From Octopus sinensis (lineage: Eukaryota): a DNA stretch of 64,000 bases. The position numbers and the translations under genes are program-made. The notes under the pieces are model-generated. The model worked only from the letters and a program-made list of their open reading frames with translations. It ran no database searches and was not told where the DNA came from. Location of the stretch: assembly GCF_006345805.1 (NCBI RefSeq), contig NW_021833893.1:248001-312000 (forward strand). The letters are read 5' to 3'. This document shows, in pieces, positions 37,745-50,019 of this stretch. Position 1 is the first letter of the stretch, and each line of letters begins with the position of its first letter.

Positions 37745-39456
37745 TGTTCCAGTCATCTCTGAGTTAGTCGTGATTTTTGTTTGAAGGCTTTGTGCGGAAA
37801 ACTGTTACTGTTGTTGAATATTGATGCTGTTGCTGTATATTGCTGCTGTATCGCCTGCGGCCCTGTGTTATTGTTTGTTTTTCTTTTCCCCATTTAGGGA
37901 TAAAGAGATTTGATAAAAAAGATGAATTGTTCACCAGAACAAGCCAATGTCGGGAGCTATGCTTCGGCGGCGGGAAGTCGTACCCCCGCAACGAATTCGC
38001 TGAAGATGCTAGAGGTCGATATTGATCATGGGAAATCGGAGAACTACAAAGAACTGTTCCAGAAGGAAGCGTCAAATTTAAGGTTGAGATCCTCCGGAAG
38101 AAGTAACCAACAATACAAAAAAGAGGACAGTGTTCTACAGAACGTTGTCTTTAACCAGCAAGAAGATCGAGATGGCAGCAGATGAGGCCATCAAGAAATG
38201 TTTGGAAGAGACAAAAAGCATCGTGATATTTTACACTAGAAGAGGAAGATATGGCACAGTGGAAGTGAGGTCTGTCACTGAAGAAGAGGCAATAAATCAT
38301 TCAACTGTACCACTTAGGTCACATGAATGGGTGCCCCTGCCGATCTACTGCAGCAGATGAGTCGTTAGAATTAGGATCGACAGGGTGCCACCCGAGATTG
38401 AAGAAGCGTGGCTGGTAGCAGCCGTGATGTATGGAGCCCGGGAAGATACGAAGATCGTACAAGTAGCAAGAATGAAAAAAAATGAATTGCTGGGGTTACG
38501 GCCTGGAAATGGTTATCCAGGCTACCCAACAAGACTGGAAGTAACGGAAGGAGTGCTACTACCAGAAGATAGAAAATTGACAGTGGCGGTAGAGGGAAGA
38601 CCGCCCACCTATTACCATTGTGGTGTAAAGGAGCACATTAAAATAAAGTGCTCCCAGATAAGTAATGAAACAACGGAAAATCAGAATGAACCAAGTAGGA
38701 GTACTGAGACAACAGCCCCAGCCCAGGAGGAGAGTATGGATGAGACAGAGGAGGAAGAATTTATCGAAGTTCCCAAAAGAAAAAGAAATGTAACAACAAA
38801 TTCATCCCCGAAAAGCTCTAAGAAAAAGGGGAGAAATAACAAAACTGCAGACACTACAAAAAACACATAACATATTAGATACGCCCACATAGCATACATC
38901 ACCACCAGTGAAAAAAAGAAACCGTCCCAGATAGCCCTAGCTCACCACGTAGAAAAGCAGATACAAATGCAGACAGACACAACCCCCCGTAAAAACAAAG
39001 TACACAATCATGACATATTCCAAAAGAACGGCAATTGAACATAACATCACCAAATTCAAATCGATTATCAGAGTGAAATTGCCGACTGAGGATCATTCTG
39101 AGAATACCAAAGGCTTATTAATAGACAAAGAAAGAGATGCCAAATTAAGGAATTGTTTGGTTCACATTGGGATTGGAGGTGGAGTACGATGACCTCCGGT
39201 CGTGGATTATGAGGACTTAATGCCATACATGAACTGGTAATACGAAGTGAGTAAAATTTTATACGATAAAAAATGATTAAAAAACAGTTAAATGTAACTA
39301 CGCGAGAGTGGGGCTCAGGTGGCCGTTTCACGCCCATTATTATATAAGTTCATACTCATCCACTCATTTTGTGCTTTATGTCCCCACTTTGTATTATTTT
39401 GTCTGTTCTTGTACTGTCCCTTCTATGGAAGGCCCTAAGTGGCCAATAAAGAGATA
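37745..39456 (+). mobile_element. Tx1/L1-type ORF1-only unit U2 (1712 bp)
   Basis: ORF1 from 37922 (MNCSPEQANVGSYASAAGSR...PPEIEEAWL...YYHCGVKEHIKIKC); AATAAA at 39445. Confidence 0.85.
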
Positions 39457-41760
39457 TGTTCCAGTCATCTCTGATTGAGTTAGTCGTGATTTTTGTGTAA
39501 AGGCTTTGCGCTTATTGTTGAATTATGTGGAATACTGTTACTGTTGCTGAATATTGCTGATTTACCTGCGGGCCTGTGTCTTTGTTTGTTTTTCTCTTCC
39601 CTATTTAGGGGCAAAGAGACTTGAAGAAAAAATGAATTGTTCTCCAGAACAAGCCATGCCGGGAGAAGGACCCAAGCAAGGGGGATATCATTAATAATTT
39701 AGGCCCATAACTCTGCTAAACATAGAGTTAAAGATTTTGGCCAAGGTATTAGCCAAGAGAGTGAGGCTTGTCGTGAGCGACCTAGTGGGAGAGGCGCAAA
39801 CATGCGCCATCCCAGGAAAGACGATACACGACAACCTTCACCGCATCCGCTACACCATAGAGCGGGTTAGTAAAGTTCCTAGCAAGGGTGGGACACTGGT
39901 GAATTTGTACCAGTCTAATGCCTTCGATAGGTTTGGCCACCGGTATCTGGCGGCCCGACTTTCCGTGGTTGGATCAGCGCTATGTATCGAGTCCGTTGTC
40001 CGAGTGAACAGTTTCTTCTAGAATCCGTTCGCAATCGAACGTTCAGTTCGCCAGGTTTGACCCCTGTCCCCGCTTCTATATGTATTGGCTCTTGAGCCAC
40101 CGCTGCGAAGTCTGGGGGCCGCGGGGGTCAATCTGAGGAGCGACGGCGTACGCGGATGATGTCAGAGGAGCGACGGCGTACGTGTCTGATGAAAGGCAGC
40201 TACCTCGTGTAGAAGACGCGATCAAAAGATACGAATCGGTGGCAGGGGCAAAAATTAACCAAGAAAAAAATCAGTCGGCTTGCAACTCGGCACCTGGAGA
40301 TGCAAGTCGATGCCTCCCAACAGCGTCGTTGGACGTTGGACGGAGGGCCAGGTTAAACTACACGGAGTCTGGTTTGGGCTAGATTTCCAGATGGAGAAAA
40401 ACTGGCGCGAGCAAGCAAGGTAACTGCTCTGACCCAGACCTGGTCTGGGAGGACATTATCCTTGCTAGGGAGGGAAGAAGTTACACAAGGGTTCATAGCA
40501 TCGGTAATAATCTACCGCCTAACCGTCGTGCCTTGTCCCAAGTTGTGGCTGAACAAGTTGGAACGGCTCATATTCCGCTTTTAGTGGAAAGGGAAACCAC
40601 TGCTTGTGAGGTGCTTTCTCTGCTGCCAAAAACCGTTAAAGGGTGGGTTAGGGATGCCTTGGCTGGTGATGCGCAAATTTGTGTTGAGGATGAGACATCT
40701 CCAGCTCTACTTGGATGGTGAACAGGTGTGGTCACCTCACGTTAAGTTTTTCTTCTCGCAATTAACGTCCTTGTGGGACTTAGGCCCATGGATCAGGCGT
40801 AAACCTAGATTGTAAGAATGGCAGCTGGAGTGCAGATAAGCATTCACTCCGCTCTCCCGGGTGAGTAATACCGGCAACGGGGCTACCAATACGGATTTCT
40901 ATAGCGGGTTGGTAGAGTACAAGTCTGACGACGTCACGAGGGAAAGTCTAGGCTTCGATAGGGACCAGTTAATCAACCTGTTTGGAAGGACATACGGGCC
41001 GAAGTACCTGGATAACTTTCAGAAATCCCTGACTTGGTTTTACCGGTTCGAGAGAGGCTGTCAAGGTACAGTTTTGGCGTCCCTCCCACGTATCCGGGCT
41101 GCGGGCGGGAGAGTGAAATTGCCGCACACACCTTTGTGCAATGTGTAGAATTGAGGGGGCTGATTGCCTATGTCGAACAGCTGATGTCGGATGCAGAAGG
41201 AGTACAGCTATCGGCTGAGTCCATCATCAAGATCGTATCGCCTTCCTCCTTAAATAAAGAAAGGGAAGCGTGTTTTTTTCTATGTAGTAGCCATACTGAA
41301 AAATACAGTATGGACGACGCGTGGAAGAGGAATTGAGATGGGCAACTTTATCTCTGGAGGCGGGTTGGTTAGTTGTTTCAACTACCACCTGCTAAGCAAG
41401 ATCCGTCGAGAAAGAAAATGTCTGTCTCAAAAAGTATTTGCGAAAAGATGGATGTCAGTGGTAAAGATGCTGCGGGCAAATGGAACCGAATCAGTGTAGC
41501 CGGTCAGAGGCAACGAAAGAGAGGAGAAAAAATAAAAACATAAGCCTTATTGAAAAAAAGGAACCGGCGGGTTAATCAGATCCCCGAGAGCTTTAATTCC
41601 AGTGGAATTTTCATACTCATAAACTTTTAACTTCATAATCATCCCATTTCAAATCCGATTTGATTATAATTTTGTTTTTATGATGGTAATACCATATTTA
41701 TGTATGTAAGTGCCCATGTATGTCCCCCTTTATGTAATCTTGTGGGAAATAATAGAAATA
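39457..41760 (+). mobile_element. Tx1/L1-type unit U3, deletion fusing the ORF1 start to the RT/C-terminal ORF2
   Basis: U2-like 5' UTR and MNCSPEQA start at 39632, joined at about 39665 to DPSKG...PITLLNIELKILAKVLAKR...AQTCAIPGKTIHDNLH; CCHC-like C-terminus (YPGCGRESEIAAHTFVQC). Confidence 0.85.
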
Positions 41761-43880
41761 TGTTCCAATCATCTCGACTTGTTCGTGTATGTTTGTGCGT
41801 TGTAAAGATTATAGTTAAGTGTTGTGTTTTTTGACACACTTGTTTTTGCTGTCGTACGGCAGTTTTGTTAACGCTGTTCCCCCTATTTGAAAGGAGCAGC
41901 GCTGTTTGAAAAAGAGAAATGATGATAAACTATGAGAACTTAAACCCCTCAGAATTCTCTTCGGAGGAGGAACTAATAAAAGCCCTGGACAATGCAGACA
42001 GGAAGATGGATTTCACAATGGTGGCCAGAAGCCACCAAAAACAAATTAATTTGGGAGAAATTGGTAGAGATACTAAGAAGAGACGGATACTATGTGAAGC
42101 AATTCAAGGTGAAAAAGGAAATGTTTACAGAACAGGAGTGGCTGTGTGGTAAGTAGCTTGCTAACCAACCACATGGTTCCGGGTTCAGTCCCACTGTGTG
42201 GCATCTTGGGCAAGTGTCTTCTATTATAGCCCCGGGCCGACCAATGCCTTGTGAGTGGATTTGGTAGACGGAAACTGAAAGAACCCCTCGTATATATGTA
42301 TATATATATGTATGTGTGTGTTTGTGTGTCTGTGTTTGGCCCCCTAGCATTGCTTGACAACCGATGCTGGTGTGTTTACATCCCCGTTACTTAGCGGTTC
42401 GGCAAAAGAGACCGATAGAATAAGTACTGGGCTTACAAAGAATAAGTCCCGGGGTCGATTTGCTCGACTAAAAGGTGGTGCTCCAGCATGGCCGCAGTCA
42501 AATGACTGAAACAAGTAAAAGAGTAAAAGAGTAAAAGAGAACATTTTCAGTAAAGAACAGGAAAACTAAGGTGATGACAGTTGCACAAATTGAAAAAGCT
42601 TTAAAACCCATATGGAGAGAGATTGTGTACCTCAACAGAAGCCGATTCAGAACTGTATAGGTGCGGTTCCGAGATGCATCGACCGCCAGGCAACCCTTTT
42701 AAAAACGGAGGAGGTGGTGCTTCTACCCATATACCTTGGAAGACGTGCTTCCAGGATAAGAGTAGAAGACATACCCCCAGAAATAGACGTAGCCTGATTG
42801 TTGGACGCTATCCTATGGGCTTGGAGAAGGTGGTGGTCCTCCAAGCCGCTTGTACTACCCACAAGAATTGGTAGGGGCAGGGTTTCTATATGATGATCCA
42901 GGTCGCCCTGGAAGTCCTAGAAAATATGATAGAAACTATAACGGCTGAGGACATGATATTGAGGGTTTTAGTGGAGGGCAGGATCCCTCGATGCTACAAA
43001 TGTGGCCAAAAGGGTCATGTTAGGGTAGACTGTCCTTTATCACCCGCAGAAATACAAGCCAAGCCTGTGACTAGGAAGGAAGCCGCAGCTCTACCTTCGG
43101 CAGTAACCAGTGCAGAAGCAAAGATAGACGAAAATAAGGACGACGACAGATGGGAAAAAGTGGAAAAAAAATGAAAGAAAATGAGAAAGACACAGCCTGT
43201 GAGGGATGAAACCCATCCCACGCCCACTCGACTCCCATCCAAGTTCACTTTGTCCCACCGATCCCCAGCAGACACTAACCCTCTCCCTGTTCTACCCGAC
43301 ACGGAAAAAATGAGCATATGCACAAAGGAGCCCCAAATTTCCCAACCCCTGCCCTGTAAGGAAAGAAAGGGAAAAGAGAAGTACATCGTTTTTTACGATG
43401 AAGCAAATGCCAAATTTATAAAGGAAATCCATCGTTGGGACAAGACAATAAATGTGAGCACGTATCTTTGTTATGAGGTGTCCAGGAATTTGGATTGTAT
43501 TATAGTCAACCCTATGTATGTGGATAAACTAAAAGAATAAGAAGAGAACATTAAATACGTGGCAAAGAATATAGATACCAGCGAGATGCCCACAATGGTG
43601 AGTCTATTTAAATTAAAACAAGACTTTGGTTTAGACATTTTACAATGTTTTTCTTCAAAAAAGAGAAAAAGTTATAAAACCTCGAGAAAAGGGTAAGATT
43701 GTAAGGTTAAATGAAGGCACCCGGACATGGGGGTCGGCCTCATCATTTCATTACTCATTTTATTTTATTTTATTTTTATTCATCCTTCCATCCGTTTTTG
43801 TGTCCCCACTTTCATTGTACCGTCTTGTTTATGTACTGTCTATTCTATATTTAGTCCCCTGTGGGCAATAAAAAATTCGT
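41761..43880 (+). mobile_element. Tx1/L1-type ORF1-only unit U4 (about 1.71 kb without the SINE)
   Basis: ORF1 from 41919; PIYLGRRASRIRVEDIPPEID; intact knuckle CYKCGQKGHVRVDC; AATAAA at 43867. Confidence 0.85.
42135..42537 (+). mobile_element. Full-length tRNA-SINE family A inserted in U4 ORF1
   Basis: Complete head, (TA/TG) spacer, body and (GTAAAAGA)n tail; probable TSD AGAACA on both sides. Confidence 0.92.
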
Positions 43881-46570
43881 TGTTACAATCATCTCTGACC
43901 GACTTGTTCGTAAATGTTGTTCGAAAGGTTTGGCGTAAGTTTTATGGATAATTTGCGGTTTATTTGTTGAATTTGCACTGTTGAATTATTACGTTTTGAA
44001 CTTTTGTTGAGTGTTTTTTAAACACCTATTTCTCTGCTTTTGGTAGTCCTTTGTTAAAGTTTCCCTCCTTGTGTGAAGGGGGAAAATATTGTTGTATTTT
44101 TCAAAAAAAAAAAAAAAGAAAAAAGAAAGTAAAAACCATGGACAAATCACCTATTAATGCCAAAACCAGTAGTGAACCTGGTACAAGTGAATGGAAAGAT
44201 ATCACAAGCGGAAAAGGTAGCGCAGTTTTAAATAGCATTCCGACAGGAGAAGAATTTATTCAAGGAAGAAAAGCTAGCAATTTTGCAGCAGCGGCCGGTG
44301 TCTCAAAAACGACAATAGATTGTGGAAGCAATGAGCTCGGAAGATACAAAGGTATAATGAAAAGGGAGGGGAGCGAAACAGAGATTACTCCTCCCAGTGA
44401 AATGACGCATAATGCACTACGGTGTACCGTGATATACAAATCATATATGACCAAAGCAAAAAGTAAAGAGGCGGTGGAGCTGCGTCTCCGTCCAGTCTGA
44501 AACGACGTGGCATACGTCACAAGAGGAGTGAAGTATTACACAATAGAAATCCATTTCAAAACCTAGGAAAAGGCAAAACATGCATCAACAGAACCATTAA
44601 AAACTGCGGTGGAGGTGGTTCTCCTACGTTTTTATCTTGGAAGGCGAACTTCCAAAATTAGGGTAGGAGATATCCCACCTGAAATAGGCCCCGCTAGGCT
44701 GGTGGAAGCCATAATAAACAGCTTGGAGGATAAGATTACAATTCTCCAAGCCTCAGCGTTGGGACTGCAAAATTGGCCGGGTCAAGGCCTGGAAAAGATT
44801 ATACAAGCTGCCCCGGCGGATTTAGAAAATATAGACACTATACAGGTAAGAGAGACTAAGCTGGGAGTCACAGTAGAGGGGAAGAAGCCTCGTTGCTACA
44901 TGTGTGGTCAAAAAGGTCACATTAGGGCCGAGTTCCAACCTCCCCTCAAAAAAGCAGTGACTCCCCCCACCTGCAGAAAAACAAACAGAAGCTGCAGAGG
45001 AAACGTTGAACAAATTTCTGAAAATGAAACAAAAGAGGAGATGGAGGAAGCCCAAGGAGAAAGGTGGGAGATTTTCTCCAGAAAAGGAAGGAAAAATCGC
45101 CCAATCCAACCCCACTAGCCCCACAACAAAACATAAAAAAAACGGCAACCAACCGAACACACAAACACTAAAAGATCCCAGCCCAAAATGTTCCCCTCCC
45201 ATCTAGACATAGATTATACTACAGTAGTGACGACTAACAAGTCACTACTGCAGCAATTGAAAGACGTGCCTAATGCGGACAACAGCACAAAAACCCTTGA
45301 GGGAAAAAACTTTCCCCCAAATATAGCAATTTATAATATAGACAGGGCTAACTATAATAGGTTAGCAAACCAATTAAAAAATGATATAGGCCCTCCGAGG
45401 AAAGACTTTTCCCCATTAATGTTTGAGAGCCTTGTCAACGACACCTGGCAAACCCCGGATCAAAAATCAAAGGAATGAGATGGTAGTGCTACCCCATTTC
45501 CAACCGTTAGTACAACGTTATGGATACACTTTATGTTGGATGTTTAATTGTACGCGACCTGGGGGGATGGGCAAAATGGAAACAACGTCGTTTCTTGAAT
45601 GGCCTCAGGTCGCTTAGAATGGATATTACAGTTGCCACAGAGTCCAGATTGGGTAGTCGACGGGGTTTCCTCCACTCCTAAATGGCTACGAGAAAGTTAT
45701 TTCTCCGTGCCTACCTGGAGGAGGAAGAGGCGTTGCTGTGCTGCTCAGAAAAATAAACTATCGTGGCACTAAGCAGCGGTAAGATCTTCAGGCTGGTAGC
45801 TGTCTACGCTACCTCGTGAACTGGACAGTCTGATTTTTTTAGGCCTGGAGAAGTTTCTTGGGACCTCTCACACCATAGTAATGTTAGGTGATTTAACGTA
45901 ATCGGCGATGCACGTGTAGATTACGTTGGTTCGTCTACTATTAGAAGGGGAAACCCGTGCTTCAGTAATCTGCTTAGTCCATTTCAGCTGGTAGATAGGT
46001 ATAAACTAGATGTCCTAGACGCTCCATTCTGGACATGGACTAATAGCGATGAGTCATCTAGATCTTATTTAGACAGAATTCTAATTAGGGAATTAGGGAA
46101 ATAGACAAAAACCTAGTTAGTCGTCCACAATTTCACTATGTCATCTATAGTGATTACAAATTTGTGACTTGTAGGCTGGACTTAAATGAGTTACGTAGAC
46201 AGGGATTACGTATAGCAAAGAGTTAGTGGCTAAGAAAAATTGAGTAGAAAGGCTTTAGACGAAGCACTGGAATCTGACTCCGCACCTCGAGTTTTTGCTG
46301 TGAGAATGGCGCTTAACCTTCATCTCGAGACTAAAAAAGAAGGATGCGTATTCAGGGTTAAGCAACTTGCAATGAGACGGGAAGGAATCAAAGCTGCGAG
46401 ATGGACCTGTGTGATAGAGACCCAACGTGGACATAATGGCACTATAAGGTCGTTGAGAATGATCAAGGGAACCCGAGGAGATGTGTAAGGTCTTTAAGGT
46501 GCATTTCGCCCTGCTTTTCGGAAGGGGCGGCGGGATGGAATGTAGGAGGGACCTTACGGACCTCCTCGTG
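43881..46570 (+). mobile_element. Tx1/L1-type unit U5 (ORF1 plus decayed APE/linker of ORF2), 3' end lost
   Basis: ORF1 from 44138 (NFAAAAG, RVGDIPPEIG, CYMCGQKGH). APE remnants FRLVAVYA, WTWTNSDESSRSYLDRIL, SDYKFV. Confidence 0.8.
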
Positions 46571-46594
46571 TCATTCTTCATGCCAATTATCGAC

Positions 46595-46950
46595 CACACG
46601 TTTCACTAATGAGTCTCCAGAAGTTGAAGGAACTTAGCTACGAGGTTCTTCCCCGCCCAGCTTATTCCCCATACCTTATTCTCCTACCGACTATCACTTT
46701 TTCAATCACCTTATGGTTTCCTGCGAGAAAAGAAGTCCAAAAATCGAACCGATGCTGAAAGTGCGTTCGAAGAGTTCATCAGCTCCAGAACTCCAGATTC
46801 TTATGTTAGCGGAATAAACAAATTTGTAACTCGTTAGCAAAAATGTGATGATTGTAATGGTACTTTGAAGAATAAAATTTCCGCTGTGTTGAAATATATT
46901 GTGATTAATCTCATGTTTCAAAACGTTGCTTTCTTTTTATTCAGCCTGAC
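46595..46950 (+). mobile_element. Mariner transposase 3' remnant
   Basis: LQKLKELSYEVLPRPAYSPYL, then (frameshifted) SPTDYHFFNHL. Confidence 0.75.
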
Positions 46951-47117
46951 ATACACACTCACACACACACACACGCACACACACATACACGCACACACAC
47001 ACACATACACACACATACATACACACACACCCATATACATACATACATATATATATATATACACACACATTATATATATATATAGGTACATACATACATA
47101 TATATATATATACATTT

Positions 47118-47149
<32 letters not shown>

Positions 47150-47182
47150 TTATATATATATATACGTAATACATATATACAC

Positions 47183-47237
<55 letters not shown>

Positions 47238-47654
47238 CTACATATATATAAAATTTGGTATAAGATAAAAATTTCAGATATTTGTCTTAAACTTTCAGAC
47301 AAGCAAATTCATAATTCAGATGTATGATATGAGATATTATTCGATTAAAATAACCGCATATTTATATTAAGACATAGATGATAAAAAATATAGAAATATT
47401 GGCTGAAGGAGATTGGAATAGAATGACGTGTAGAGCTCCTACAGAACGTTTCTCTCTTAGGGACAGCGAAGATTATCAGGAGGGTGCTAAGCACTTGAAA
47501 TAATCTAAGGTTACAGTTAAAAACCCACTATCCACATAAATCCATTCAGGAGTAAGACCGAACCTGAGTAAAACCAAATAATAATAATCTCTAACAATAC
47601 TAATGATAATACTGCTGCTGATAAGATTAATAACAACAACAATAATAATAGTTT

Positions 47655-47773
47655 CAAATTTTGCCACAAGGGCAGCAATTTTGGGGGAGGAATAAACTCA
47701 GAACGTGGCGGCAGACGAAATACCGTGAAGTATTTCACCCGGCGTGCTAACAGTTCTACCAGCTCGTCGCCTT
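47655..47773 (-). mobile_element. tRNA-SINE family B, shortened
   Basis: Reverse complement GGCGACGAGCTGGTAGAACTGTTAGCACGCCGGG...; flanked by (CAA)n and (TAA)n. Confidence 0.8.
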
Positions 47774-47887
47774 ACAACAACAACAACAACAACAACAACA
47801 ACACAACAACAACAACAACAACAACAACAACACAACAACAACATTAATAATAAACAAATTGAAAAAGTAAGATTAGGAATAACTGAT

Positions 47888-49156
47888 CCCCCATGTAAAC
47901 AAAATTCTCCTTAAAATCATCCAGAAGCGCCTGAACACAACTATTGAGAGAGAATTGCCAGAGGTGCAAGCTGGTTTCAGAAAGGGAAGAGGCACCCGCG
48001 ATCACATCGCCAACCTACGGTGGATTATGGAAAAGGCAAGAGAATACCAAAAGAAGCTGTACATGTGTTTCATCGATTACTCCAAAGCCTTTGACAGCAT
48101 TGATCATGACAAGTTATGGAAATGTCTGGAGGAAATGGGAACACCTTTACACCTTGTCCAGCTTATTAGATCACTCTATCAAAACCAAAGGCTACAGTAC
48201 GGACACCATATGGCGACACTGATTGGTTTGAGATTGGAAAAGGCACTCGGCAAGGTTGCATCCTGTCACCAGTAGCCTTCAACATGTGCGCTGAAAAGGT
48301 CATGAGGAACGCAGGCCTGGAGGATAGCAGCATTGGAGTGAGGATTGGAGGAAGAAATATTAATAACCTTCGCTATGCAAATGATACAACCCTGCTGGCG
48401 GAGAGTGGTAAGGATCTGCAGGATCTTGTCCTGCTGGTCAAGAAAGAGAGTGAGAAATTTGGGCTGTACCTCAATGTTAAGAAAACGAAGATCATGTCAA
48501 CAGCAGCCACAACAAACTTTAGCATCAAGATCGATAATGAAGAGATCGAAGTGGTTGATGATTTCATCTTCCTTGGCTCCAAAATAAATCGAGATGGTGA
48601 CTGCACCCCAGAAATAAGACGGCGGATAGTACTAGGCAGAGAGGCAATGGTCAGCATGAGCAGGGTCTGGAAGAGTAGAGACATCAGACTCGCTACCAAA
48701 TGCAGATTGGTGAATGCAATTGTCTTCCCAATAGCAACATATGGATGCGAGACCTGGACACTAAAGAAAGTTGACCAGAAGAGAATTAATGTATTCGAGC
48801 TTTGGTGTTGGAGAAGACTTTTACGGATTCCATGGACAGTGAGGCTCACCAATGGAGAAGTTCTTAAGCAGATCAGGCCGAAAGTGTCGCTAGAAGCTAG
48901 GATTTCCAAGCATAGAGTGGCATATTTCGGTCATATTATGCAGAGAAAATCCCCGGAGAAGGACATCATGCTCGGAATGGTCAGTGGCAAGAGAGGAAGA
49001 GGCCGACCAAGAACCCGCTGGCTTGACACCATCAAGAATGATACCGGAATGGACATAGCCAATCTGAAAGAAGCGGCCCAGGATAGAACTGACTGGAGGA
49101 CACTGGTCCAACGACTAACCGAGAGTCGACTTCGACTGAGCGGATAGATAGATAGA
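47888..49156 (+). mobile_element. Relatively young 5'-truncated RTE (BovB-like) LINE with 14-bp TSD
   Basis: RT motifs QAGFRKGRGTRDHI, FIDYSKAFD, NLRYAND; long open C-terminus; (ATAG)n tail; TSD TAGGAATAACTGAT at 47874-47887 and 49157-49170. Confidence 0.93.
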
Positions 49157-49170
49157 TAGGAATAACTGAT

Positions 49171-49640
49171 TAAACAAATTGAAAAAGAAAGGCTACAAAT
49201 ACTTTGGCATACTAGAGTTCAACAAAATGTCAGGGAGAAGGAAATGAAGGAACAACTGGAATATTTCCGAAGACTAAGATTGCTGTTGCGCTTAAACTTG
49301 ATCGGGTGGAATATAATCCAACATGGGCGATAGCACCACTTCGGTATGAAGCTGGAATCATAAACTGGCAAAAGAAAGAACTGAGGGACATGGTTACGAA
49401 GACAAGAATAATATTGAAATTGCACGGAACCTTGCACTCTAAGAGTGACATCGATAAGCTGTACTTATCCAGAAGAACGTGTGGGAGAGGTTTGATGAGT
49501 TGCCAGGATTGTATTGAAACAGAGGAAAGCAGGTTACGGTGGTATGTAAAAAAATACCGTAGAACCATTGTTGAAACATGTGAAGAAGTTCGGCGTCATT
49601 GTGCAATGAAAGAAAAACTTAGAGGCAAAGAAAACGCACG

Positions 49641-49673
<33 letters not shown>

Positions 49674-49689
49674 CACACACACACACACA

Positions 49690-49774
<85 letters not shown>

Positions 49775-50015
49775 CCACACACACACACACATACACACAC
49801 ACACACACACACACAAAAGGAACAGCATGGAAGGAGAAAAAATGTAAGACACTTTGCAAGTGATACGAACGCCAATATAAATACAGAAAACCGGTGGCTA
49901 TGGTTGAGTAGAAGTGATCTGAAGATAGAGACAGAAGCGCTTATATGCGCAGCACAAGAACAAACTTTAAGAACTGACTATGTGAAGTGCAAAATCGACA
50001 ATACTACCGACAGCT
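49171..50015 (+). mobile_element. R4/Dong-like LINE fragment interrupted by a (CA)-rich microsatellite
   Basis: TWAIAPLRYEAGIINW...LHSKSDIDKLYLSRRTCGRGL; WLSRSDLKIETEALICAAQEQ. Confidence 0.85.
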
Positions 50016-50019
50016 ACAG

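Noticed and set aside
42135-42230. SINE heads as tRNA genes
   Set aside because: A/B-box-like motifs are present but there is no full cloverleaf, and they continue into SINE bodies.
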